Origin: Cenarchaeum sp.
Lineage (GTDB): Archaea > Thermoproteota > Nitrososphaeria > Nitrososphaerales > Nitrosopumilaceae
Direction of reading: 5' to 3'
NCBI GenBank assembly: GCA_965206845.1
Contig: OZ242221.1
Coordinates: 256,001-320,000 of the forward strand
DNA: 64,000 nt
A model generated the notes under the pieces. The model ran no database searches. It was not told where the DNA came from and was given only the letters and a program-made list of their open reading frames with translations. The translations under genes were made by a program, and so were the position numbers. This document shows, piece by piece, positions 28,639 to 38,540 of this stretch (positions are counted from its first letter, which is position 1; each line of letters opens with the position of its first letter).

Positions 28639-28654
28639 CTTTTTCCTTTTTTTT
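28639..28654 (+). terminator. Oligo-T terminator between the convergent small genes
   Basis: T-rich tract directly after TAG 28633. Confidence 0.6.
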
Positions 28655-28823
28655 AGTCGTCGTCGTCTCCGTCCAGTCTCCAAGACTTTACAAGCTCCTT
28701 CTGAAACTGATCGGCCTGCTTCTCGTTCAAGGAAATGCCGCAGTTTTTGTGTGTCGGAACTATGATCATTCCGTCAAGCTTGAACTCGACCTCGAAGAGA
28801 TGCACTCTGGAACAGTCACACAT
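28653..28823 (-). CDS. Small hypothetical protein (56 aa) with CxC...H..C
   Basis: MCDCSRVHLFEVEFKLDGMIIVPTHKNCGISLNEKQADQFQKELVKSWRLDGDDDD*; below the ORF-track cutoff. Confidence 0.7.
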   Translation of the reverse strand: MCDCSRVHLFEVEFKLDGMIIVPTHKNCGISLNEKQADQFQKELVKSWRLDGDDDD

Positions 28824-28876
28824 TTCTAAATTTGGGTAATTCTGCCTCTATATTTGCCTATTTGGCGCCATCAGGA

Positions 28877-29913
28877 TCTGTAGTATGTGGAAATTATGTC
28901 CGCTAGTCACTGGAGTCTGCCTCCATCCGTTTTGGGTCCTTTTTCCTGATCGCTTCTGTTGCCTTTTTGGTGAAAAACGCCTTGAGCGGGGTCTCGTAGT
29001 TACCGGTGTCCAATGAAAAGTGCAGTCTTCTCTCGTACTCAACATAACTGGACAGGCTCTCGCAGTGAAAGATCTCCTCCCCTATGCTTCTGTGGAACCG
29101 TTCCAGCTTGCCGTTTGTCTGCAGGCGGTACGGTCTGGAGTTGATCAGCTCGATGCCCCTGTCCAGGAGCTCGCTCTCAAACACGGTCGGCTGCCAGGAC
29201 TTTTTTGGCTCCTTTCTGAGAACACCGACAAAGCAGGATCCGTTGTCCGAGAGTATCGTGGCCGGGGTTCCGAACCTTTCGATTGCCTGCCGGAGCACTG
29301 CCACGGCGTTCCCTGATGTGGCCTCCGCGAACAGGACTGCCCCGGTCACGTGCCGGGAGGCATCGTCAAGAAACGCTATCAAATTGAGCCCTCTGAAGCG
29401 TGGATCCTTCATTATATGCCAGCCCGTATGCCACATGGAGTTGGAGTGCCTCCTCTCGTAGCGTATCCATTTTCTCTTCCTGGACTTTGCGACCGACGGG
29501 GCCACCAGCCCGTTCCCCTTCATTATCCCATATATGCTGCTGCATCTTATAGCGTGGCCTTTCTGCAGGCGCCTAGCCATGCGCGGCACGCCGACCGGCT
29601 CCCGCTTGTTCTCCTCAAGCACCATCCGTATCTCGTCCGTGGTGGGCTACACTGGCTTCCTTCCCGGGCGACGCGGCACATGCGAGGTGCCCGTCCTGCA
29701 GAACCCGGCCCACAGCCTCCTGACATGTCTGGACGTCACACCCAGTTCTGATGCTATCGTAGACGCGCCTTTGCCCTTCTTACGCTGTCTTATCGCGTAT
29801 CGTACGGCATCCGCCGTCAGTCGTTTTACCACTTCTTTTCTTGATCGGTAAAGGGCAAAGTAATCCTCCACGCTACGCCTGATCTTAGGTGGACATAATT
29901 GTCGTACAACAGA
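28877..29913 (-). mobile_element. IS481-family insertion sequence (defective)
   Basis: Imperfect IRs TCTGTAGTATGTGGAAATTATGTCC and reverse complement TCTGTTGTACGACAATTATGTCC; flanking direct repeat GGCGCCATCAGGA(TCTG) at 28864 and 29914. Confidence 0.82.
28903..29832 (-). pseudogene. IS481-family (rve/DDE) transposase split by an in-frame TAG at 29647-29649
   Basis: N-terminal HTH (IASELGVTSRHVRRLW) in frame with RYERRHSNSMWHTG...DDASR...SDNGSCF...QTNGKLERFHRS; the first catalytic Asp appears replaced (WHTG instead of WHTD). Confidence 0.85.
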
Positions 29914-30217
29914 GGCGCCATCAGGATCTGCGGGGGGACTTCCCCCGTTCACCCACGCCAGGCAGGCCCGGGCCTGCGGCATATCTACGACTCCCGGAGA
30001 GGCAGGCACCGTCGCCGGATCACGCAAGCTGCAGTCCGGCCCCGTACCTGCGGCGCTCCTGGCCTGCACCCGTTCCTTGTGCGGGATCGTCTGCAGTGCC
30101 AGGCCGGGAGCAAAAATACTCCCGGACGCGCAGAACCGTGCCCAAGTACAGGGGGCCTGCCCCGCATCGCACCTTAAAAGATAGGGTTTTATAGCAACAG
30201 CCAAGATCCTGCTTTGG

Positions 30218-30291
30218 GCAGTTGTAGTATAGCTTGGTTATTATGCGAGCTTGCCAAGTTCGTGGCCCGGGTTCAAATCCCGGCAACTGCA
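30218..30291 (+). tRNA. tRNA-Gly(GCC)
   Basis: GCAGTTG...CGAGC-TTGCCAA-GTTCG...GGTTCAAATCC...CAACTGC-A. Confidence 0.93.
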
Positions 30292-30293
30292 TT

Positions 30294-30713
30294 CTATCTA
30301 GGCACCAGCGCCTTTCGGATGATCCCCAGCGCGTCATGGGCCTTCTCGGGCCTTGGCAGCTGGATCATGAACACGCGGGACTCGCCGGGCGCCCGTGCAG
30401 ACAGGACCAGTACTGCGTGCGCAGCCAGAAGCTCAAAGAAACCCAGCGACTCGCTTGCATTTACAAGGATCTTCTCGGATATGCCCCCTTGCGAGAACGC
30501 AAGCGTCACCTCCACAAAGACGTGGCCCAGCCCGTCGTGTAGTATGTTGAGATTCGTCTCAACGGAGACGGGCTTTCCTGCAACACTGTCCATGATCTCG
30601 TCGAACCGGGCCTCCTCCAGCACGATACACGGAAGGATCGAGCCCCCATGGCCAAAGGTGGTGATGCCCGGATGCGCCATCCGCTGCAGCCTTTCTCTCT
30701 CATCAGGGCACAT
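30294..30713 (-). CDS. Hypothetical protein
   Basis: Abuts the antiporter stop; natural composition (PVSVETNLNILHDGLGHVFVEV). Confidence 0.7.
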   Translation of the reverse strand: MCPDERERLQRMAHPGITTFGHGGSILPCIVLEEARFDEIMDSVAGKPVSVETNLNILHDGLGHVFVEVTLAFSQGGISEKILVNASESLGFFELLAAHAVLVLSARAPGESRVFMIQLPRPEKAHDALGIIRKALVPR

Positions 30714-32039
30714 CTAATCACTCGACACTTTTGTGACTACCCTCTCGCCGGTTTTGATAAGAAACGGCGATATGAACGCAGTAATAATCGTGATCATCCC
30801 TATCAGCGGAAACAGGAAGCTGCTCACGGCCCCCAGATCCACACCGACCTTGATGATGACAATGGAGAACTCGCCCCTGGGGGCTGCCAGGGTAAAGGCG
30901 GACCGAACCGCGTTCTCCTTCTTCTGCCTGAACAGCATGCTGGCAAGAAAGTTTCCACCCAGCTTCATCGCCCCGGCCACTACAATCAGCACCACTGCCA
31001 GAATTATGTAGTTCTCAAGCTGGCTTATGTCCATGAGTGCTCCAATGGATATGAAGAACACCGCGACAAACATGTCCTTTATGGGGCTTGCAAGCAGCTT
31101 GGATACTTCCGAGGATTTGGACTCGGCCACCAGCACGCCGGCCAGAAATGCCCCTATCGCCACTGACAGGCCCACCACGTTGGCCAAAAGCGCGTAGCCA
31201 AAGCAGACACCAAGTATGGCAAGCAACAGTATCTCCCGGTGCTCGGCTGCGGCCACTTTATCTATAATTGGCGGGATCGTCATCTTGCCGACAGTAAAGG
31301 TGCCGATGATGAGGCCTGCTGCCACGACAACCACCACCAGGACGCCGTCAATCGAGAGTGTCCCCACCAAGGCAATGGACTGCAGTGACGAGAGCAGTAT
31401 GACGGCGATCACGTCCTCCACAATCAGTATTCCCAGTACGAGGATCGACGACTCTTTCTTTATCTTCCCCATATCGGTGAGAATCTTGACTATAACGGCA
31501 GTGCTGCTGATGGACATGGCAGCGGCAAGGAACAGGGAGTCCATGAAGGTCAGACCCATGGCAGTTGAGACCAGAAAGACGGCACCCAGTGTGGCAAATA
31601 GTCCAATGGTGCCCACGCCCACCGCAACCTTTCCTATGGATCGGATCTTGGCGTACGGAAACTCGATCCCGATTACGAACATCAACAGTATCACGCCAAG
31701 CTCCGCAAAGAGGTTCAGGGCCGAGATGTCAGACAGCAGGCCGATGCCGACGCCGGTACCGGGATCCGCAGGGGCGACGCCCCCGGGAAGCAGGAGCGAC
31801 CACAGGGGGGACAGCGGGCCTATCAACATGCCGGCAAACAGGTAGCCGATTATCAGCGGCTGCTTGATCTTAAAGAAGGCCATTGTAACAGTCGAGCCCA
31901 CAATCATGATGATGGCAAGATCCGTGATAAACGATGTGTGCGGGATCTCTGGCGTGAGCTGGTTGATGACACCGGTTGCGTTTCCGCCTAGCAGGCCCTG
32001 CACGCCGTCGCCGGCTGCTTGCAAGAGAAGATTCTGCAT
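30714..32039 (-). CDS. Cation:proton antiporter (CPA2/Kef-type)
   Basis: KQPLIIGYLFAGMLIGP, AELGVILLMFVIGIEF, SISSTAVI, IVEDVI, GAFLAG, RGEFS. Confidence 0.92.
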   Translation of the reverse strand: MQNLLLQAAGDGVQGLLGGNATGVINQLTPEIPHTSFITDLAIIMIVGSTVTMAFFKIKQPLIIGYLFAGMLIGPLSPLWSLLLPGGVAPADPGTGVGIGLLSDISALNLFAELGVILLMFVIGIEFPYAKIRSIGKVAVGVGTIGLFATLGAVFLVSTAMGLTFMDSLFLAAAMSISSTAVIVKILTDMGKIKKESSILVLGILIVEDVIAVILLSSLQSIALVGTLSIDGVLVVVVVAAGLIIGTFTVGKMTIPPIIDKVAAAEHREILLLAILGVCFGYALLANVVGLSVAIGAFLAGVLVAESKSSEVSKLLASPIKDMFVAVFFISIGALMDISQLENYIILAVVLIVVAGAMKLGGNFLASMLFRQKKENAVRSAFTLAAPRGEFSIVIIKVGVDLGAVSSFLFPLIGMITIITAFISPFLIKTGERVVTKVSSD

Positions 32040-32445
32040 ACTATATGCATTGGGCGCATGCTGTTAAAAATGCATGTTCCCGACTGGCCGGGGTGTGGAC
32101 CAGATGGCGGCCGGCACGCAGGATACCGCGTTTGGTTCGACTGGCGCCCAAGCCTTGCCCTTGTGGCGCATGCCTGGATCCATGCAGGGCAGCAATACCT
32201 TGCCGGCGCCGCACTCCCTTTGCCGGCCGAATCTGCAGACAGCGACGCTCCAGAATAGCTGCACGGCGCAGCGCGGTCCCGCAGGGACTTGGCTCACAAT
32301 TAGCAAGTCATATAGTGGATGCGGACTCCAAGCATGGGCGCGCACGGCCCCGCTTACCGCGGATCGGTTCCAGAAATTCACGATCCGCCCTGTAGGCCAT
32401 ATGACACAGCGGCTGTCAGACACGCTGGCCTGCAGCAGATCTGGC

Positions 32446-34485
32446 CTAGATGTCCTCGTCTATGCCTTTGAGCTGCACCCTCTTCATTTTAAGAATCGTA
32501 AAGATTCCAATGATCGCCGCAATCCACACGGAGCTGAAGATGATGTTTGAGACGCTGACATACATGTACGGAGTGGCATCCATTACGTTTTTGCGGATCG
32601 TCTCTGCGTTGGTCTTGATATCCAGCATGCCCACACTGTATGAGGCGCTGTCCTTGGACACGGCAGCAACCGTCTCTAGCTGTATCGACATCTGAACCAG
32701 GTTGTCGCTTATTCTGTTAAAGTCTGTAGTCGCCGTGGGGAATATCCATACCGGGTTCTTGTTCTCCGGCAGCTTGTCCCAGATGCTCCCCAGGTGTGCC
32801 TCAGTCGCAGCCAAGTGCTGGCGGATTAGTTCGGGGTCTGATGTGGCAGCTATTGAGGCCAGGTGACCGCGCATCTGATCCATCGGGTATATCGTACTGT
32901 CATATCCCACAAGGGCCATTATGCTGCCAAAGGCAATAATGGTAACTATGCCAACCACTGCAACCTTGTATATCTTGTTGGACAATCTCTCTTCTCTGGT
33001 GGGTGGTCTGTCTAGGCTTGATTTATTTCTTTTAAATCTCGAGTGTGCCAGGCTCAGATAGGCGACATAGAAGAACCCCAGGGTCTGGATTGCTATAATG
33101 GGTGCAAAGACTGCATCGTGCGAGAATATGGAGATCAGCACCCCGAGTATCCCGTAGATGCCAAAGAAGATCTCCAGCAGGGTGGTCTTTGTGAACGGAA
33201 GGTTGTACGCCTTGCCCTTCCAGCCGTCCTGCTTTGTTATTATCCCGTACTTTGGGGTTCTCAGAAACTCGTTCTTCTTTCCCAGCACGGCATCAAACAC
33301 CGCCACCGTGTTATTGACTGACAGCCCGGCGTTGTACACTATGAGCGATGGAAGCGTCTTGGCCTTGGACTTCCACGATCCGTGATACATGTGCTGTATT
33401 ATCAACAGGTATGCGCCGGGACCCATGGCCAGATACATGGCTATGGTAAGCAGGGGCAGAAAACTCACCAGATACAGGTTTGTCGCGTCAGACGCCAAGA
33501 GTATCGGCAGGGCAAGAAACTGGATGAGGACAAAGGGGTACACGATATGTCGGGTAAGCTGAATGAACGCCTGCAGTTTTGCCTCTACGGCGATCTTCTT
33601 CTTTACCGCAACATCCAGGAGCAGCTTGATCGCGCACTGGATCGAGCCCTTTGCCCACCGGAACTGCTGCCTCTTTGCCGCGTTCATCTGGACGGGAAGC
33701 TCCGCATCCACCACGACGTCTGAGAGAAAGAGGCACTTCCAGCCATTCATCTGTGCGCGGTAGCTGAGATCCAGATCCTCGACCAAGGTGGCAGTGTGCC
33801 AGCCGCCGGCGTCCTCGATGCACTCACTTCTCCAGATTCCCGCGGTGCCGTTAAAGTTCATGAACAGGTGGGAGTTGCTCTTTGCCGTCTGCTCTATCAA
33901 GAAGTGGAAGTCGAGGCTCAGCGCCTGTGCCCTTGTAATGGCCGAATAGTCCTCGTTCGCGTGGCCCCATCTGCACTGCACCAGGCCGATGTTTGGCTTT
34001 GTAAAGTGCGGAATGGCCCTCTGTAGAAACCAGCTGGGAGGCATAAAGTCCGCGTCAAATATGGCGACAAACTCGGTGTCGGTGGACTTCATTGCGTGCT
34101 TGAGGGCCCCGGCCTTGTACCCCCTTCTGGTGCCCCGCCGGACATGCTCTATGTCAAATCCCCGCTCGCGGTACTTTTTGATCAGATCGCCTAGCACCTG
34201 CACGGTGTCATCGTCCGAATCGTCTAGCACCATTATCCTCACCTTTTCCCTCGGATACTCGATTGCACAGACCGCATCCACGAGCCTGGCAGCCACGTAC
34301 TTTTCGTTGTATATGGGCAGCTGTATCGTGATTGACGGAAAGCTCATCTCGATCTGCTTGTGCGTGGTGCTGCGCCTGGAAGACAGGAACGCCAGATAGT
34401 AAAAATTCATCGTGTATCCGGTTATCACAACGGCAGAGAGGATGAACATGCCGAACATAAACTGGGTAAAGGGATTTATCTCCAT
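32446..34485 (-). CDS. Processive family-2 glycosyltransferase (cellulose-synthase-like)
   Basis: QLPIYNE, DDSDD, GYKAGAL, FDADF, VEDLDLS, QQFRWAKG (QxxRW), multiple TM helices; start ATG 34485. Confidence 0.92.
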   Translation of the reverse strand: MEINPFTQFMFGMFILSAVVITGYTMNFYYLAFLSSRRSTTHKQIEMSFPSITIQLPIYNEKYVAARLVDAVCAIEYPREKVRIMVLDDSDDDTVQVLGDLIKKYRERGFDIEHVRRGTRRGYKAGALKHAMKSTDTEFVAIFDADFMPPSWFLQRAIPHFTKPNIGLVQCRWGHANEDYSAITRAQALSLDFHFLIEQTAKSNSHLFMNFNGTAGIWRSECIEDAGGWHTATLVEDLDLSYRAQMNGWKCLFLSDVVVDAELPVQMNAAKRQQFRWAKGSIQCAIKLLLDVAVKKKIAVEAKLQAFIQLTRHIVYPFVLIQFLALPILLASDATNLYLVSFLPLLTIAMYLAMGPGAYLLIIQHMYHGSWKSKAKTLPSLIVYNAGLSVNNTVAVFDAVLGKKNEFLRTPKYGIITKQDGWKGKAYNLPFTKTTLLEIFFGIYGILGVLISIFSHDAVFAPIIAIQTLGFFYVAYLSLAHSRFKRNKSSLDRPPTREERLSNKIYKVAVVGIVTIIAFGSIMALVGYDSTIYPMDQMRGHLASIAATSDPELIRQHLAATEAHLGSIWDKLPENKNPVWIFPTATTDFNRISDNLVQMSIQLETVAAVSKDSASYSVGMLDIKTNAETIRKNVMDATPYMYVSVSNIIFSSVWIAAIIGIFTILKMKRVQLKGIDEDI

Positions 34486-34712
34486 CCTGCTAGCTAAAAT
34501 GCCACATTCTCTATTTATGTTTGTGACGAAAATGCCCGGCACCTGCCGTGCCGAACCGGATACAGGACATGCAAGATGACGGCGTGGCGCCATGCAACGC
34601 CTGCGCATGCCCAGGCCATCCCCCATGCACCCGCAGGTAAAGGGCGCGACAGGGTACGGCGCGGATAGGGCCAGGATCGCTCGAGTCTGGTACCAGGATA
34701 TGAAACGGCAGA

Positions 34713-35681
34713 TTATGCCCCGTTCACGAATATTTTGATTGCCTTTGGCGGGCAGACGCCCTCGCAGGCGAGGCAGAATATGCAGTCCGGCTCCTTGGAC
34801 ATCAGTGGCTTTCTCTCAGAGGCTGGGTTTCCCGGCGTGTCAAACCACTCGTAGACATCCACCGGGCATGCGTCTATGCACGCACCGTCGGCAACGCAGA
34901 TATCAAAGTCCACAGCGACAAACTCGCCCCAGACACCCATTATGGCGTTCTCGGTTCCTTTTCTTCCCCAGGTCTTGATGGTGTGGCTGCCGTCTGCCAC
35001 TGCAAACGGTGCCGATACCGGTACGTGTGACTTGAACCCTACGTCTATTGGTCCGGGCTTTGCTCCGTCTGGCACCTCGATCACCTCCTCGATTGAGCCA
35101 GCGTCCTGCATGGACGCGCTGGGAGCCGCAATTTTGGGCTTTGGTTTCGCATTTGGAACGATCTTTGCCAGCGGTGTCAGTTCCTCCAGCCGATCCATTG
35201 CCTGTACATCGGATATGTTCTCTGTTTTTGTCAGGGACTCGATCATCTTGTCTGCAAGTATGGTATTGCGAAGCATTGTGTCGATTATCATCTTGGCAAA
35301 GTGATCCGCCTTTTTGCGGTAGTTTGTCACCCACTGCTGATCACCGAACTTTTCGATCGGGAATATCTGATAAATGATATCGACCACCTCGCCGGTGACT
35401 ATCTCCACTGTGATTGAGAGCTCGGCCTCCTCGTAGTCTGGGGCCTCGGGGTCATCAGAGCTCCGTTCGTTCCATCGATATGTGGCATAGATGCGATCCG
35501 CGTACATGTCCATCTCAAACGTCTTCTTCAGACCGTCATGAATCGACTTGATGTCTGCTGGCTCGTCGACCTTGATCGGCAGCCGGTAGAGTCCCAGCTT
35601 GAAGCCGTGAAGTGGATACACCCCGCGCTTTGCGGTCGGGGCCTCCATGGTGTAAACTCTGTCTTTTAGTAGAAGAGACAT
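34713..35681 (-). CDS. Dicluster ferredoxin-domain protein with a large N-terminal domain
   Basis: C-terminal CVADGACIDACP and CIFCLACEGVCP. Confidence 0.85.
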   Translation of the reverse strand: MSLLLKDRVYTMEAPTAKRGVYPLHGFKLGLYRLPIKVDEPADIKSIHDGLKKTFEMDMYADRIYATYRWNERSSDDPEAPDYEEAELSITVEIVTGEVVDIIYQIFPIEKFGDQQWVTNYRKKADHFAKMIIDTMLRNTILADKMIESLTKTENISDVQAMDRLEELTPLAKIVPNAKPKPKIAAPSASMQDAGSIEEVIEVPDGAKPGPIDVGFKSHVPVSAPFAVADGSHTIKTWGRKGTENAIMGVWGEFVAVDFDICVADGACIDACPVDVYEWFDTPGNPASERKPLMSKEPDCIFCLACEGVCPPKAIKIFVNGA

Positions 35682-35935
35682 CTAATCCAGCATGAATGCC
35701 GATTATTTAAAAACCTTGTCAGGAATCGCAGCAGGATGCAGGCCAGGGCTCTGCGCCCTGCACCGTTTACGCCCAAATCTCCTCCGGGCCGCCGGGGGCA
35801 CTTGACAATCCATGGATGTCGCAAGAGCATCCGGATCTGCGATCCCAAGGGACGGCAATGCGCGATCCGGATCCGGGGCGCGTCTGCCGTTTCAGCGCAC
35901 TATCCCAGCCCGCAATGGAGCCAAGGGATTCTGGC

Positions 35936-36196
35936 CTAGGGGGTATCGGGTGTCTCGACGTATATTCCCGCCACGTCACTGTTCAGCTTGTTCCAGTAGA
36001 CATCGCACTGCGGAAGCTGAAAGTCCGCCGCTTTGCATGCCTCAAAATCCGCGGTGTTTGCCCTCTGAATCTTGTCGCCATACAGTACGTCGTCGCCTAT
36101 TACTAGGCCGATGAGCGCGATGGTAGAAAGAGATGCGGCCACCAGAATCATGCCGAATCCGACCTTTCTGTAGTTGTGTGGGTTTTCTGTCTCCAT
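35936..36196 (-). CDS. Small membrane protein
   Basis: One TM helix (KVGFGMILVAASLSTIALIGLVIG) plus a Cys pair. Confidence 0.7.
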   Translation of the reverse strand: METENPHNYRKVGFGMILVAASLSTIALIGLVIGDDVLYGDKIQRANTADFEACKAADFQLPQCDVYWNKLNSDVAGIYVETPDTP

Positions 36197-36364
36197 CTAG
36201 GCGGTGTCTTCTGTGGCGGCATTTAATCTTTTCAAAATCTTGGCGCACGGTTCCGCACAGGACCGGGGATCCGGACTCCTCTTGGCGCGTGCCGGGGAAA
36301 GGGGCGAGTCCGTACGCCGGCATTGCCGGGAAAAATAGAAAAGTAACGGCCGCCCAACAGGCGC

Positions 36365-36700
36365 ATGACCATCCAGGTTCTTCACTATGAGTTTCTGGGG
36401 CCTGTCCCCATCTCCGAGTGGGGACCGCCGATGGAGAAGGTGGTCTACATACTTTTGTCCAGGAGCAAGGAGAGGTTCACGATCATATACGCCGACGAGT
36501 GCGAGGAGACGGACGCTGTCGGCTATTTTACAAAAAACCCCCTGTCTAAGAACTGGATACGCGCAGCCGGCGGCGAGAAGAACCTTTACATGTGCATACT
36601 CCCGCTCTTCGAGTCCGATGCACCGCAGCGCCAGGGCATTGTCGCGCGCATAGTATCCCGGTACAAACCAGAGTGCAACTTTCAAGAGGCGGACGGATAG
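36365..36700 (+). CDS. Hypothetical protein (distant GIY-YIG-like pattern)
   Basis: VVYILL...IIYADE...IVSRYKPECN. Confidence 0.65.
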   Translation: MTIQVLHYEFLGPVPISEWGPPMEKVVYILLSRSKERFTIIYADECEETDAVGYFTKNPLSKNWIRAAGGEKNLYMCILPLFESDAPQRQGIVARIVSRYKPECNFQEADG

Positions 36701-36967
36701 GTCCATTGCATGCTCTGCGGGCCGCGCATGTGATTTTGGCCAGGCCGGCGGGCAGTCCGTGAGGCATGTCCCCTACCGCGAGCCGGTTCTTTGTCCTGAG
36801 ACATGATCCGCAATTGAGAATCGGGCCTTTAACGCCCGTAATCTTACAGGCGTGTGCCCCAAAGCATGCAACTTTCGTATGATTATGCCAAAGATCGTGC
36901 TCTAATGTGCCTGCGTGCTAATTACGAATCATATCTCTGCAGCCGATGCCGCACCCCCATCTGCGTG

Positions 36968-37201
36968 CTATCGAGCGGTTCTGTTCTGCAGATCAAAGAA
37001 CTGCTGCAAAAGGAGATCCATCGCCTTTTTGAGGTGCTCAAACTCGTTAATCGAGTGCACCTGGCCCTCCACCAGCGCTCTCATAACCTTGACCACACTC
37101 CTCTGGTATTCGTCCGGCGCAGACACCTCTAGGGCGTTTATCTTTGAGAGCATCACATCCAGGTCCCTTCTCATCTCGTCTGCAGGGGCATGCCTCTTCA
37201 T
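36968..37201 (-). CDS. Small helical hypothetical protein
   Basis: MKRHAPADEMRRDLD...GQVHSINEFEHLKKAMDLL. Confidence 0.7.
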   Translation of the reverse strand: MKRHAPADEMRRDLDVMLSKINALEVSAPDEYQRSVVKVMRALVEGQVHSINEFEHLKKAMDLLLQQFFDLQNRTAR

Positions 37202-37234
37202 GCGGCGCAACAGATCACCGCAGTATATGAATCA

Positions 37235-37387
37235 CTATAGCATGTCCTCATCGATCTTTCTTATCGAGTCAACGTACTGGCTGCATGTGCAGTCCGGAAT
37301 CTGGCATGCGCCGAGCCCCATTATCGAGCTGTTCGTGCCAGATGCCCTGTGGGCCTCGTTGGAGTGATGGCACCTGTGGCAGTTCAC
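37235..37387 (-). CDS. Small Cys/His zinc-finger-like microprotein (50 aa)
   Basis: GTG start: MNCHRCHHSNEAH...GACQIPDCTCSQYVDSIRKIDEDML*; AT-rich TATA-like box upstream. Confidence 0.72.
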   Translation of the reverse strand: MNCHRCHHSNEAHRASGTNSSIMGLGACQIPDCTCSQYVDSIRKIDEDML

Positions 37388-37431
37388 GAACCAACGATCA
37401 AAATTCCTTTATTTAAGGTACGCCGGGATGT

Positions 37432-38469
37432 CTAGGGGATCAGCACTGCCCGGGCGTCTATCTCCGAGCGCTTGAGCATGCCAAGCACCTCGTTTGCCTT
37501 CTCCAAGGGAAAGGTCTCAGACACCACCCTCAGGTTGTTCTCGGCTGCAAGCCTTACCACATCTTCCATGTCCTCCCTCGAGCCGAGAAGCGTGCCCCGA
37601 ATGGTCTTCTCCTCAAACGCAAGAAAGTTTGGGATCTTTCCCACCGTGGCTATGACTACGAGGCCTCCCTTCTTTACCGCCTTGATTGCGGTGTCTGTCA
37701 CCTCGTCTGCAGGCGCAAGGACGATCGCCGCATCAAGCAGGCCCACCTCGCTTCGCAGCTTCTCCAGAAACCTGTCCTGATCCCCGCCATACCTTACCGA
37801 CCTTGCTGCCCCCAGCTCCACTGCCACATCCAGGTGCTTTTGGTTCCGAGATACAGCAATGACCTGGCACCCGTACAGTCCCGCAAACTGCACCGCCATG
37901 TGGCCCACCCCGCCTATTCCAAATATGCCCATCTTCTGTCCCCGTCTCGGCTCGCCAGCCTTTACCGCCTTGTAGGCAGTTATGCCCGCACAGAACAGGG
38001 GGGCTGCGTACTCTGGGGCCATCGAGTCCGGAACCGGCGTGGCAAAGTCCTCATGCACCGTGACATACTCCGTGTAGCCCCCTTTGAGGGACTCGCCCAG
38101 CACATCTGCCGAGTCGCAGAGGTTCTCCTTTCCTCCGGTGCAGTAGTCGCACTTGGTGCATGCCTCCAAGAGGGGCGACACGCCTGCCCGGTCTCCCACC
38201 TTGAAACGGGTTGCCCCGTCCCCGATCTCCACAACCGTACCTACCACCTCGTGGCCCGGAACCACCGGAAGCTGGGGAGGAATTCCCAGATCCTTCCAGT
38301 CGCCTTCGATTCCGTGCAGCTGAGAGTGGCAGACGCCGCAGGCCTCGATCTTCAGCAGTATCTCTTTTGGACGGCTGATCTCGTGCCTGTCAATCTCCGT
38401 AAGCTTGAGCGGGCTCCCCTCGATGGGACCCAGCTTTGAGAGCACCATAGCTCGCATCGTCCTTGCCAT
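37432..38469 (-). CDS. Zinc-dependent alcohol dehydrogenase (MDR family)
   Basis: CGVCHS, PGHEVVG, CTKCDYC...C, CAGITAY, GIGGVG. Confidence 0.93.
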   Translation of the reverse strand: MARTMRAMVLSKLGPIEGSPLKLTEIDRHEISRPKEILLKIEACGVCHSQLHGIEGDWKDLGIPPQLPVVPGHEVVGTVVEIGDGATRFKVGDRAGVSPLLEACTKCDYCTGGKENLCDSADVLGESLKGGYTEYVTVHEDFATPVPDSMAPEYAAPLFCAGITAYKAVKAGEPRRGQKMGIFGIGGVGHMAVQFAGLYGCQVIAVSRNQKHLDVAVELGAARSVRYGGDQDRFLEKLRSEVGLLDAAIVLAPADEVTDTAIKAVKKGGLVVIATVGKIPNFLAFEEKTIRGTLLGSREDMEDVVRLAAENNLRVVSETFPLEKANEVLGMLKRSEIDARAVLIP

Positions 38470-38540
38470 GGGGTGGTGGCAACCACTCTCGGATATATTC
38501 CTTCAAATAATCCTTAAAAGACTTCACGGGCACGTACCAC

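Noticed and set aside
29647-29649. Programmed read-through or pyrrolysine at the transposase TAG
   Set aside because: No pyl genes in the window, and the transposase also appears to lack a catalytic Asp, so ordinary decay is simpler
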